In this document: in pieces, positions 1 to 8,960 of the stretch
Position numbering within the stretch: the first letter of the stretch is position 1
How the letters are laid out: every line of letters begins with the position of its first letter
Origin: a virus
Lineage: Duplodnaviria; Caudoviricetes
Virus record (IMG/VR): IMGVR_UViG_3300014720_000033
Span: 531-64,530 of that record
DNA: 64,000 nucleotides
Direction: 5' to 3' (one strand)
Translations under genes and position numbers: made by a program
Notes under the pieces: generated by a model
Databases searched by the model: none
The model's input: only the letters and a program-made list of their open reading frames with translations
What the model was told of the DNA's origin: nothing

Positions 1-700
1 TCTGACGTGCTGACAACTTCTTTGGACCAATTAGATCGTCCGGTGAATGAGTGGCTGGATTTGCATGCCAGTAGTCTCCATCAATTTCAATGATCAAATT
101 GTAGTCTGGTAGATAGAAGTCACAGTAAAAACGAGGGAGAGGAAATTGATGAATGAACTTGATACCTGCAATTCTCATCATCTCAGAGAACTGTAATTCA
201 GGCTTAGTGTTACGGGACTTGCTTGGCAAGACATTTTTAGACTGCCAATCAATCTGGTGCTTAATTGCTTCTTCCATCCCGAGCTCATCGACCCAACGTT
301 GAAAATTTGACATTTTCATTCTTGAAGTAACAGGTTTGTTAGATAGCCTGTACTTTCCTTCAGGTGTCTGAGCATATCTCTTCATTGCATCTGAAAGAGA
401 TGTCTTGTATTCATCAGTTTTCATCTTTAGAAGAAGATTTTGCTTCCTCTTTTCTCGAATCTCAGGTGTCGAATACACAAGCTCGTTTGCTTTCTTCATG
501 TTGAGCCTGTTTTCTTCACTTGAGCGCCATGAATCAAATCTAGAAAAATCTCCCATTGATGATTCCGGGAATTTAATCCTGTAATCATCGCACGTAAGTC
601 CGTGCTTCTTCAAATGAGTGTTCGTAATAGATTTCATGACTTTACCGCATACATTGCACTTTACTTGCTGTTCCGCGCTCGAGGTGTTTTCTTCTTGCAT
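1..700 (-). CDS. Intron-encoded homing endonuclease, Vsr/DUF559-like (EDxHD-type), runs off the left edge; absent from the ORF track
   Basis: Manual translation from ATG at 700: MQEENTSSAEQQVKCNVCGKVMKSITNTHLKKHGLTCDDYRIKFP...TKPELQF...RFYCDFYLPDYNLIIEIDGDYWHANP...; no stop down to position 1. N-terminal CxxC...H..KH zinc finger-like motif, C-terminal E..D...EIDGDYWH nuclease motif. Confidence 0.85.
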   Translation of the reverse strand, partial: MQEENTSSAEQQVKCNVCGKVMKSITNTHLKKHGLTCDDYRIKFPESSMGDFSRFDSWRSSEENRLNMKKANELVYSTPEIREKRKQNLLLKMKTDEYKTSLSDAMKRYAQTPEGKYRLSNKPVTSRMKMSNFQRWVDELGMEEAIKHQIDWQSKNVLPSKSRNTKPELQFSEMMRIAGIKFIHQFPLPRFYCDFYLPDYNLIIEIDGDYWHANPATHSPDDLIGPKKLSARQ

Positions 701-907
701 ATGAATAGGTATGGAGTTCATTGTAAGATTACTAACACTAGTCTCTGAACCTTCACCATGTCGCCATGGTGCTTGGCTGCTGATTGTCCAATCTCTCATT
801 TTTTCTGCATTCACGTTCATCGTTGCCAATCACGTTGTAGCAATGAGAGCTCTAAGGAGTTTCCAGCAATTCACGGAATTTTTTACGGGAGGCTCAGCTT
901 AGTACCA
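1..907 (-). ncRNA. Group I self-splicing intron in recA (5' part; 3' splice site lies beyond the left edge)
   Basis: Minus strand shows the core elements P (AAUUGCUGGAAA, 860-871), Q (AAUCAGCAGC, 776-785), R (GUUCAGAGACUA, 739-750) and a CACCAUG-GCGA-CAUGGUG GNRA hairpin (754-771). The exon end CGGGUGGU pairs with intron GCCUCCCG, giving a U-G wobble at the 908/907 junction. Confidence 0.9.
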
Positions 908-1621
908 ACCACCCGGTGTCGTTGTAGGGTCTCCGTAGAGAACACCGATCTTGTCACGGATCTGATTGATGCACAGAAGCGTCACATTGTTCTGTCCAAT
1001 CACCCCCGTGATCTTGCGCATGCCTTTTGAGATAACACGAGCTTGTAGGCCAATGGTGTTGTCTTCGTATTCACCGTCGAGCTCAGCCTTTGGTGAAGTT
1101 GCCGCCACAGAATCCCAGATGACAACAATGGGAACGTTTTTATCTACGATCTGTTTTGCCTTGGTAATCGTAGACTCTATGATTGAAAATACCTCCTCAG
1201 TGCAGTGGGTGTCAACATAGACAAATCTCTTCCTGACATCAATGCCCATATCTGCCAGCTTCTGTACAGGAACAGAATTTTCAGTATCTACGTAAACTAC
1301 CAATCCACCAAGAGATTGAGCAACCGAAGCTGCATGATAAGCCAAGTGAGACTTACCGCTCGAAGGAGCACCGCTAATCTCGATGATTCTTCCTTCAGGA
1401 TACCCTCCACCTGCGGCATTCCTGATGGCGTAATTGAGCTGAATGGAACCCGTGTCGATCCACCTCTTCACGATGGTAGGAGCATCCATCTCGGAGAGAT
1501 TGTATGCGACTCGCGTTCCAAATTCTTTGTTGATCGATGTGATGAGATCTTTCATCATATCATCAACGCCGCTTTTTTTTGCTGTCAGTTGTTCTGACTC
1601 AATCTTTTCTTTCTTTGCCAT
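908..1621 (-). CDS. recA: RecA/UvsX recombinase, exon 1
   Basis: IDTGSIQLN, GGYPEGRIIEISG, Walker A GAPSSGKS, WDSVAA, NQIR..IGVLYGDPTTTPGG. The frame breaks immediately after the conserved TTPGG, where the intron begins. Confidence 0.93.
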
Positions 1622-1650
1622 TATTTCTCCTATTGTAAGAATTTGATAAC

Positions 1651-1679
1651 AAAAAAACGGGAGTGCTCACTCCCGTTTT
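1651..1679 (-). terminator. Intrinsic terminator after the SSB gene (possibly bidirectional)
   Basis: Inverted repeat AAAACGGGAGTG-CT-CACTCCCGTTTT with a 7-U tail on the minus strand. Confidence 0.75.
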
Positions 1680-1682
1680 ATT

Positions 1683-2525
1683 TCAGTCCTCGCCGATTAG
1701 ATCGGCGAATGCATCGTCTAGAGATTGCTTCTTCGCCTCAGGCTTTTCAGACTTTTTTGTGACCTTCTTCTCGGAAGGAGCAGCCTGCTTGACCTCGGCG
1801 ACTAAGCTCTCAAGCTCATCGACCGGCTCCGCGCCTCTTGTGGAGCCGCCTTCCTGAGTCGGTTCGGCGCCGCCGCCGTTGAGCCAGTTGTTGAGGACCG
1901 CCTCAATCTCCTGCGTAGACTTGAGGCGGTACATATCGTCGATGTTTGGAATGCCATCGAGCCACTTCTGAGCAGTCGCTGCATCAGAATGAAGTGCCGA
2001 AGACTTGCGTGCAGGATCGACGGTCGTGTCGTTGTACTGCTTACCTGGTTGCTTCGTGATCGAAACTTTCAGGTCGAAGCCTTCCGAAGGCGAGAGGATG
2101 TCACCCACGTCTTCGTCGAGGAAGAAACCGAGCATGCGCTGGTAGACCAACTTTCCAAAGCTCCAGATTTGGACTCCCTTGTCTTCCTCACCGCGTACGA
2201 TGACGGGAGCATAACAGCGCATCTTAGGAGCCAGCTTCTTCGCGAGGAGTCTGTCCTCAGGCTTGCCGCTGCTGTAGAGCTTGCGAATGAGATCGTCGAT
2301 CGGATCCGGCTTGCCGAACTGCTTCGGCGTGAGGATGCCGCTGTTCTCACCGATGTAGTAGAACCACCTCTCTGTAAACGGCTGACCGTCGACGGAGTTC
2401 TTCCACGGAAGACAGCGAACCTTGTGCTCGCCGAGACCCGGCTTCCAGAGTTGGACCGAAGACGTCTTCTTGACGCCACTGAGTTCTGCCACACGACGCT
2501 TGATTGCTTCTAGATCGATTGCCAT
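1683..2525 (-). CDS. Single-stranded DNA-binding protein, T4 gp32-like
   Basis: WKP..GEHKVRCLP, PF...WFYY, FGKPDPI, GEEDKGVQIWSFGK, EGFDLKV pattern; acidic C-terminal tail DDAFADLIGED; adjacent to recA. Confidence 0.8.
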   Translation of the reverse strand: MAIDLEAIKRRVAELSGVKKTSSVQLWKPGLGEHKVRCLPWKNSVDGQPFTERWFYYIGENSGILTPKQFGKPDPIDDLIRKLYSSGKPEDRLLAKKLAPKMRCYAPVIVRGEEDKGVQIWSFGKLVYQRMLGFFLDEDVGDILSPSEGFDLKVSITKQPGKQYNDTTVDPARKSSALHSDAATAQKWLDGIPNIDDMYRLKSTQEIEAVLNNWLNGGGAEPTQEGGSTRGAEPVDELESLVAEVKQAAPSEKKVTKKSEKPEAKKQSLDDAFADLIGED

Positions 2526-2597
2526 TATTCCTATTCCTTTTCCTCTTTTTCGCCTGTTGACAGCAGCACCACACCGCGTGGTGTACCACCGTCGCCA
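2526..2597 (-). promoter_or_regulatory. Structured 5' leader of the SSB gene: long hairpin followed by a purine-rich unstructured tract
   Basis: 2558-2597 can form an ~18-position stem (several GU pairs, two mismatches) with an ACGC loop, followed by AGGCGAAAAAGAGGAAAAGGAAUAGGAAUA-AUG. Confidence 0.5.
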
Positions 2598-2608
2598 TTT
2601 GAATCTTC

Positions 2609-2638
2609 AACATATCACGTGGAGACGCAACTGTTCAA
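2609..2638 (-). promoter_or_regulatory. Putative sigma70-like promoter for SSB
   Basis: TTGAAC, 18-nt spacer ending in TGA, then TATGTT. Confidence 0.45.
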
Positions 2639-2657
2639 TTGTTTGTCCCAACAGAGA

Positions 2658-2942
2658 TCACTTCCAGCGAACAAAGTTCTTCTTGTTCTTCTTGAGCTTC
2701 TGACCCGGCTTCGTTGGGTTCGCGCCCACGTCAGCCGAAGAAGCGCCAAGAGGCGCTGTGTAACCTGCAATGTTGCCGACGACATTCATCTCGTCCATCT
2801 CTTCCGTCTCCTCTTCCGAGTCCTTATCCGACTTCTTCTCTTGCTTCTTAGGTGATCCTTTGGATACCAACTGATTTGGTACACGATAGTCAGTGACCTC
2901 AGAGAGGACCGCCTCGATGTACTGTCTCAGTAAAGCGCTCAT
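2658..2942 (-). CDS. Small acidic/basic hypothetical protein (possible internal head protein)
   Basis: 94-aa ORF; N-terminus LLRQYIEAVLSE; ATACTTA motif 5 nt before the ATG. Confidence 0.6.
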   Translation of the reverse strand: MSALLRQYIEAVLSEVTDYRVPNQLVSKGSPKKQEKKSDKDSEEETEEMDEMNVVGNIAGYTAPLGASSADVGANPTKPGQKLKKNKKNFVRWK

Positions 2943-2961
2943 ACGGATAAGTATTCAGAAA

Positions 2962-3549
2962 CTACAGGTTCTTCTCTTGTTTTGTCGAGATGAAGTCGGC
3001 GATGTGGACTACATCAACGAGAGTAGGCTCCTTCATCTTGTATGGAGCATTCTCGTCAGCGTACTGACCATCGTTGAGCTTGATTGCGAGCCACTCTGGT
3101 TGTGTGAGTTTAAGACCAAAGTGTTGGCACAACCACACGCCTCGATCTGGGACGGTCATGTACTGAATGTCCTTGTTGTGCTTGTACATCTCACCGATCT
3201 TCTCACGGTGCCAATCGGAATCCTGAGGAACGTAGTAGTCCTTCTCGTGGTCGCCCACCTTGCCGATGTCATGGGTGAGGCAGCCAATGATGAGGGAATC
3301 CTTGGGAAGATCCCACCCAAAAGCCTTGACAAGCTTCAGCGCGTTGCTGAGGACTCGAAGAGAGTGATCCACGAGACCGCCCGGGATGGCGTGGTGGTAG
3401 TCCTTTCGCGACGATGCGGGGCACAACGCCAACCTCTCTCCGAGGTGGTCCACAAGTGCAAGAGCGGGTTCCGCTCTGTCTCCGAGCTTCTCCATGAAGC
3501 CACGATACTTCTCAAAGTTCTCTGCGATCTGTTCCGGTGTGAGTTCCAT
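2962..3549 (-). CDS. HD-domain phosphohydrolase (YhaM-like HD region); start corrected to MELTPEQ at 3549
   Basis: PAS..YHHAIPGGLVDHSLRV, THDIGK, H/NDG and HIADF motifs. Confidence 0.8.
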   Translation of the reverse strand: MELTPEQIAENFEKYRGFMEKLGDRAEPALALVDHLGERLALCPASSRKDYHHAIPGGLVDHSLRVLSNALKLVKAFGWDLPKDSLIIGCLTHDIGKVGDHEKDYYVPQDSDWHREKIGEMYKHNKDIQYMTVPDRGVWLCQHFGLKLTQPEWLAIKLNDGQYADENAPYKMKEPTLVDVVHIADFISTKQEKNL

Positions 3550-3556
3550 GGGTTGG

Positions 3557-3585
3557 ACTCTACACCATCGACCACATTTGTTCAA
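3557..3585 (-). promoter_or_regulatory. Putative sigma70-like promoter giving a leaderless HD-gene transcript
   Basis: TTGAAC-17 nt-TAGAGT-7 nt-ATG(3549); same -35 hexamer as the SSB promoter; no Shine-Dalgarno. Confidence 0.5.
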
Positions 3586-3929
3586 ACAGTGTAGTTTGCT
3601 CTGATCTTGCGCAACATTCCGCCGAAGTCGACTTCATCGTCATCAGGAGCAGCATACCTGCCGCCGGGCTTCGAAGTTCCGAAGTTCTTCTCGAGAGGTA
3701 GGTTGTGCAACGCCAACATGAGGTTCTTGTCGCTGGATCCTGACTGTATAGACATCATCAGGTCGCCGAAGTCGCGCTTTTCTGCGGGAGTCAAAGTGTA
3801 CCAGTCGAAACCGAGGACATCGGCGAGTTCCTCCGGTCCTGTGCTCCTAGAGCCTGCATCTAATTCGCTGATGGTCTCTTCGATGGACTCTCTGATGATT
3901 TGCCTAAGTTTACCAATCGTCAACTTCAT
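3582..3929 (-). CDS. Hypothetical protein with MKLT..LRQIIRE N-terminal motif
   Basis: 115-aa ORF; ATAGTTA motif 5 nt before the ATG. Confidence 0.65.
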   Translation of the reverse strand: MKLTIGKLRQIIRESIEETISELDAGSRSTGPEELADVLGFDWYTLTPAEKRDFGDLMMSIQSGSSDKNLMLALHNLPLEKNFGTSKPGGRYAAPDDDEVDFGGMLRKIRANYTV

Positions 3930-3933
3930 GAGT

Positions 3934-5151
3934 CTAACTATTGGTTATCGTCTCAAACTTGAGAGGAAAAGGCTCTTCATATGTCGGCACGATGACGTCT
4001 CTTATCGATTCAACGTCACTCAGTCTGTCGTTTCTAACATCGATGATTACTGCATCGTGCAAAACGAAAAGAGGCCTAATTCCCTCCGTGCCGAGAGTCT
4101 TTAAGATCTGATCAAATCCAAGCATGGAGACGTCGACGCCTGAGGACTGTGCGTAAGTGTTCACAAGGAGGTTGTCTTGCCCTTCTGGGACACTGAGTGG
4201 ACGCCCGAATCTATTCATCATCATCCCAGATGATCCGACTTGCGCCTTGAGCTTCGTTCGAAGCTCATCGACTCTGAAGTAATCTCGAATGACTCCAATA
4301 AATGAGTCGAGTTTTTGGTCAGAGACGCCGAGTCGAGCCTTTAATGCTCCGCGCGATATACCGTATAAGTCAGAGAGGACGGAGACCTTCACGATGTCCC
4401 TGGGAATGACACCTTTGAACTGCTTCTGAGAGATCTCGTCGTAGATGTCTTCTTCTCTAGAGTATTTGCCTGCTTCAGCGAGGACGATCCTCGCCTCGAG
4501 CGCTCTAAAATCGAGAGATACGATGGATCCGCCTTCAAAGGAAGATCTCAGGATATCTCTACAGCTCTTCTTGAGCACCAGAATGTTCGGGCCACTAGTG
4601 ATCGTGAGCCTCCCGGTCCTCGTGGCGAAGCGATCGTATTCAACAGGTTGCGAGAAGCCACTGCGTTTCGGACGAAAACTCTCAAGTCCTGGTGCACTTT
4701 GCCCAATCCCGTCTATGTGTCGTTGCAAAGCTATAGGGTCGATCGAAGCAGGCTTCAAAGAGTTGAGGACGCGAGAGCCTGCACTCCAGGCGACCTCGTA
4801 GTAATCGAAGGGAAGATCAGAAAATGTGTCTGTTGTTTCCTGTACGACATTTTTGAAGAATATTCTGAATTCATCCTGGGGGAGTACGTACCTCCATGGG
4901 ATGACGATGTCCTGAAAATCGGTGACGAGGCAACTCATGGAGGTCAAGTACTTCTCAGGAACTTGCGGCAGCTTCTTTCCGACAAGTCTTCTGAGAGTGT
5001 CTAAACAGCGCGCTGTAGGGGCGATCTTTATCTCACCGGTGAGATGCCATGTGTCGCGAGGCACAGAATCAGCCAAGACATATCCGTCGGAATCACCGAC
5101 GATATGCTTCGATGTGCCGAGGAGAGAAGAGTCTATTGTGAAGCGACGCAC
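3934..5151 (-). CDS. Compact family-A DNA polymerase-like protein (polymerase core only)
   Basis: TRTGRLT...PN, motif A DFRALEAR, motif B RDIVKVSVLSDLYG, NTYAQSSGVD, motif C LHDA; only 405 aa. Confidence 0.85.
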   Translation of the reverse strand: MRRFTIDSSLLGTSKHIVGDSDGYVLADSVPRDTWHLTGEIKIAPTARCLDTLRRLVGKKLPQVPEKYLTSMSCLVTDFQDIVIPWRYVLPQDEFRIFFKNVVQETTDTFSDLPFDYYEVAWSAGSRVLNSLKPASIDPIALQRHIDGIGQSAPGLESFRPKRSGFSQPVEYDRFATRTGRLTITSGPNILVLKKSCRDILRSSFEGGSIVSLDFRALEARIVLAEAGKYSREEDIYDEISQKQFKGVIPRDIVKVSVLSDLYGISRGALKARLGVSDQKLDSFIGVIRDYFRVDELRTKLKAQVGSSGMMMNRFGRPLSVPEGQDNLLVNTYAQSSGVDVSMLGFDQILKTLGTEGIRPLFVLHDAVIIDVRNDRLSDVESIRDVIVPTYEEPFPLKFETITNS

Positions 5152-5187
5152 GCTTCTATTTTTATCACGCTGAGGAATGATTTTACA

Positions 5188-8100
5188 CTATTGACCTGGC
5201 TTCTTGCCACCGGAGGTATTGCCGCCCTTGGCAGGCGTCTGACTCCTGCCAGAAGACTTACCGGGCTTCTTGGGACTGGCCTTAGCTGCTGCGGCCGCTG
5301 CCGCAGCCTCCTTCAGTTGCTTTGCTTTGTCCTGAGCTTTTCTTGCGATTATCTCGTTGATGCTCGGAGGTGAACCGAACTTCGCGTATCCGTCTGTGAA
5401 TATGAACGTCCAGTTCGTGGTGAACTTTCCTTGCGATATCGAGTGCTGTATCTGTGAGCAGCTGTAGAGATTGTCTAGTGTGGTCCCGGTGTCGAAGTCT
5501 ATGAAGAAAGTCTGGTATACTTGGGCAGTCGGGACTCCCAGTGTCGTCATTGTCACTTGCACGGGAACGACTGTCAGCGGCAGGCCGTTCGCCTCGAGGA
5601 GACCGTTGTTGTTGAGACCTACCTTGCCGGGTTCTCTTCCCTTCGCTAGGTTCGTGAGGTTTATCGCGCCCATGTGACCGTCCGTCTTGGAAGCGACGTT
5701 CACAGACAGGACGATCGAGCCGTTGGCTCCTATCACGACTGCTGGAACGGTTTTCATGAGTATCTCCCTGAACGTCTTCCTGTCCTTGGGTATCGTTATC
5801 TTGTCTCCTCCGGGCCTCTTCACGAGCTCGAACTTTCCGACTGTCACGTCAGACACACCAGATGATTTGAGTGCGTCTTTGTAGTTACTTGCACTGGACT
5901 TGAAGGTGTCAGATTGTGAAGTTATCTTGTCGAGCTGATCCGTCTTGCTCAGCTCTTCTATGAAGTTGCTGAGTGCGTCAGAGTCGATGTCGCCCACTTC
6001 TAGACCTGTCCCGCTGTTGATTATCTTCTGCATCAACCCGAAAGGATTGTTCGTCCTGTCGTATATGTGGATCCTCATTATCGTCTCTCTGTCACCTCCG
6101 ACCTTCGGATCTGTTGCACCGAGCTGAGTGCGTGTGGCAGTCTTCTTTAGACTGCCAACGATGTCTTTTCCGTAGGATCCCTTCTCTCCCGTCTCAACGA
6201 ACATCTCTATCGTAGGAAGCACGAGTGTACCGTATTTTTCCAACCACTTCTCGTATGCGTCTCTTGTGTCCTTGTCGTCGAGGTCTATGCTTGACTTTCT
6301 CGTTCCGTTTTCCTCGGTAATCTTGTAATACCTGTTTAGACCATAGGCAAGCGAACCTTTGTTGACGAACTGTGACTCTATGACTAGTCTCAGGAAGGAT
6401 TCAATGCTGAGTGTGTCAACGTTGGATTTTTTCACAGCGTCACTGTAGGCATAGGCCAGCTCTTTGACGTCGACTGGGAATTCAGCGATGCTGAGGCTAC
6501 TCATGGGTCCGCACTTGTCATTGAGGCCGTAGAAGAACACCTGCAGCTCGTCTGCCTTTTGAGTCTCTATTATGCTCGGGAGGACGAATCTCGTGAACAA
6601 CTTCCCGAAGGAGACGACGTCAGCGTTGAGCCTTATCTCTCCTGTGACGTTTTCGCCTGCAGATGCTCCTTCAGCGGCTGCTTTTTTACGTTGAGCTGCC
6701 AAAGAAATTCCTATCTGCTTCAGAGCGTCGTCTAAGACTTTTATATCTGCGGTATTAGTTGCAAATCCAGCTGCACGTCCCACTATAGCAGCGCCAAAAG
6801 AGAAGCCAGTGCTAGCTGCTCCTACTCCTGTTCCTGCTCTTATTCTATTTATTTCTCTCTTAAAAAGATTTATATCAGACTTTTTAGCAGCAGCATCTTT
6901 TGCAGCTTGAAACTGTTGCTTAACCGCTGCATCTGTTATTTTTCCACCAAAAGCGGCAAAAACTTCATTTATTATTTTCGCATTCTGTTGATTAGTTTTC
7001 GACTGCTGCTCTTTCTTGTGCTTCTCGACCGTCGAGGACTGTGTTCCTGAGACTTCTTCGTTACGCTTCGTGTTGTTTGTGATGTAAGTCTCTATCTCTT
7101 TGATGGCTTCGGCAGTTTTTCCTGGAAAGTATTTGGACTTCTTGTCGACAGGGAGAAAGGGATCGGGTCTTTCAGGGGTTCTCACAAGACCGTCGAACTG
7201 ATTCTTGACGAAAGCTGCAGCTCTCTCCTTGAACTTGTCGTAGCTGTTGTCGCCTCGAAGACTGTTTATCTTCTCTATGAAAGTGTCGGCTTCCTCCGTT
7301 GTAACTTTTCCTGACTGGGTGAGCGAAGCAGCAAGACTCGCTATGGCTACGTCCATGTCCTTTATGTCCTTGAACACGCCGTTTGTTGATGCTGCATTCA
7401 AGACTTGTTCGGCAGTCGCACTAACAACGAACTTACCGTCGGCTCCTGCTGCTTTTTTCTTGAGCTCGTTCATCCACTGAATTGTCCTGTGGAAGTTTTT
7501 CAATTGTTCGTCCACTTTGCACACTGTCAGTCCATGAGTGGTTCTAGCAGCTGCAGAGACTATCTCTAGGTTGACAGAAACCTGTCCTGATTGATCAAAA
7601 GAGAACTGTGAGTTCATGACTTGCCAGCAGTCCTTCACCAGCATGTTCTTGTTGATGAATGAGCTATAGCCATCTTCTGACTCTGAGGGACCTCGGGGAG
7701 CTATCCACCCATAAGTCGTCCATATCAAGGCTTGCGAGAAACCTACTTCACCGCGGAAGAACTCTGACATCTCGGATATTCGTGCTTTGTCGTGTATCTT
7801 CAGCTTCAGGCTTCCCTTCTTGTGGACAAAGGAGCCTGCTCCGGCGTTCTGCATGCTGACGTCTAATCCTTCGATCGACGCAAAAGGCAAAAAAGGTTTT
7901 GCCCTGACAAGGCGCGCGCCTTCTTGGCCTAAACCTTGCGCTGTCAACGAGTCCATGTTTGTCAGTGTCGCAGGCATGAGGAACAACTCCATGCCTGCGA
8001 CTGACACCTTTCTCGCGTCGGAGTCTTTCCCTACAGAATAAGTGTTTCCTTCAGCGAGGAGTTTGTCAGCAGGACTCATGTCAGCTGTAGGCTTCGATCC

Positions 8101-8646
8101 CAAGAGAAACCTCATGACAGAAGGCGTGCTGGTGTAACCCGTTCCATCGACGGGACGCTTTATATGGAATTCGACGTCCAAGTAAGGAACCATCTGTGAC
8201 GTGACTATCGAAGGTATGTAATTCAAGAAGAAGTCGATCTCTTCTGTTCCTTTGAGAGATGGACTGACGTAGGGACTCTTTATGGAGAACACCGAAGTCT
8301 TCACCTTCTTGCTGTCAGTGATGCCGGCTAGAAGTCCGTCTACACTCTCGAGTCCGTCCCAATAGTCGCTGTCAGACAGGTCGAGTCTCTTCGACCCGAG
8401 GGCGTGAAAGAGAAGACCCTCCTTCTCCTTTTCTGCAGGAATTTCAGGAGAGTTTCCATTGAGATAATTGTTTATCTCGGTGACGATGTCTTCGTAAGAA
8501 TAGAATCTACCCCCCGGGTTGAGGAGCATGTGCATCAGAGTTGATCTAAGAGACTTCTTGTCTGTTATCTTGTCTCCTCTTGCGTCCCCGGACACTCCTG
8601 ATGGCGAGAGCGTCCTGAAGAAGTCTTCAAGTCTGTTGAAGGCCAT
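5188..8646 (-). CDS. Large virion structural protein, probable baseplate hub-like protein
   Basis: 1152 aa; follows the LysM-like baseplate gene; C-terminal VTMTTLGVP...FFIDFDTGTTLDNLYSC..IQHSISQGKFTT resembles gp27/late-control-D hub C-termini (inference). Confidence 0.5.
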   Translation of the reverse strand: MAFNRLEDFFRTLSPSGVSGDARGDKITDKKSLRSTLMHMLLNPGGRFYSYEDIVTEINNYLNGNSPEIPAEKEKEGLLFHALGSKRLDLSDSDYWDGLESVDGLLAGITDSKKVKTSVFSIKSPYVSPSLKGTEEIDFFLNYIPSIVTSQMVPYLDVEFHIKRPVDGTGYTSTPSVMRFLLGSKPTADMSPADKLLAEGNTYSVGKDSDARKVSVAGMELFLMPATLTNMDSLTAQGLGQEGARLVRAKPFLPFASIEGLDVSMQNAGAGSFVHKKGSLKLKIHDKARISEMSEFFRGEVGFSQALIWTTYGWIAPRGPSESEDGYSSFINKNMLVKDCWQVMNSQFSFDQSGQVSVNLEIVSAAARTTHGLTVCKVDEQLKNFHRTIQWMNELKKKAAGADGKFVVSATAEQVLNAASTNGVFKDIKDMDVAIASLAASLTQSGKVTTEEADTFIEKINSLRGDNSYDKFKERAAAFVKNQFDGLVRTPERPDPFLPVDKKSKYFPGKTAEAIKEIETYITNNTKRNEEVSGTQSSTVEKHKKEQQSKTNQQNAKIINEVFAAFGGKITDAAVKQQFQAAKDAAAKKSDINLFKREINRIRAGTGVGAASTGFSFGAAIVGRAAGFATNTADIKVLDDALKQIGISLAAQRKKAAAEGASAGENVTGEIRLNADVVSFGKLFTRFVLPSIIETQKADELQVFFYGLNDKCGPMSSLSIAEFPVDVKELAYAYSDAVKKSNVDTLSIESFLRLVIESQFVNKGSLAYGLNRYYKITEENGTRKSSIDLDDKDTRDAYEKWLEKYGTLVLPTIEMFVETGEKGSYGKDIVGSLKKTATRTQLGATDPKVGGDRETIMRIHIYDRTNNPFGLMQKIINSGTGLEVGDIDSDALSNFIEELSKTDQLDKITSQSDTFKSSASNYKDALKSSGVSDVTVGKFELVKRPGGDKITIPKDRKTFREILMKTVPAVVIGANGSIVLSVNVASKTDGHMGAINLTNLAKGREPGKVGLNNNGLLEANGLPLTVVPVQVTMTTLGVPTAQVYQTFFIDFDTGTTLDNLYSCSQIQHSISQGKFTTNWTFIFTDGYAKFGSPPSINEIIARKAQDKAKQLKEAAAAAAAAKASPKKPGKSSGRSQTPAKGGNTSGGKKPGQ

Positions 8647-8942
8647 TACCCTATCAACCTCTCGACGTCAGAAATCTTCACGACGTTCACGACAGTCCCG
8701 GCAGGAACTTGGAGTCCCCAGCCGATGTCACTCGCCGCGGCGAGGACCCACCAAAACCTTCCGTCGCCGTAGAAAGTTCCTGAGAGGACATCAAGTCGTT
8801 CATCACCCGTTATGACGACGGACCTGACAATAGGCACAGTTCCGTCTTTGATCGCTCTCTTCAGAAGTAATATAGAGCTGGGACTTCCCAATTGCTGACC
8901 CAGGTTTATCCTCGTGTCGTTGACGTACCTACTGAATGACAT
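8646..8942 (-). CDS. LysM-like baseplate protein (gp53/tail-X-like)
   Basis: GDERLDVLSGTFYGDGRFWWVLAAAS...GLQVPAGTVVNV is the typical pattern of this family. Confidence 0.75.
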   Translation of the reverse strand: MSFSRYVNDTRINLGQQLGSPSSILLLKRAIKDGTVPIVRSVVITGDERLDVLSGTFYGDGRFWWVLAAASDIGWGLQVPAGTVVNVVKISDVERLIG

Positions 8943-8960
8943 TGCTTAATTCCTTATTGA

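Noticed and set aside
711-1030. Plus-strand ORFs 711..902 and 758..1030
   Set aside because: Antisense to the intron core and recA; no recognisable protein features.
899-1621. recA as a truncated pseudogene or intein-containing gene
   Set aside because: A stop follows TTPGG and there is no Cys/Ser-initiated in-frame intein; group I intron core elements explain the break.
2962-5151. HD hydrolase plus PolA as a 2-aminoadenine (Z-genome) system
   Set aside because: No purZ or mazZ in the window, the HD protein has a YhaM-like motif rather than a recognisable DatZ pattern, and the polymerase is much smaller than DpoZ.
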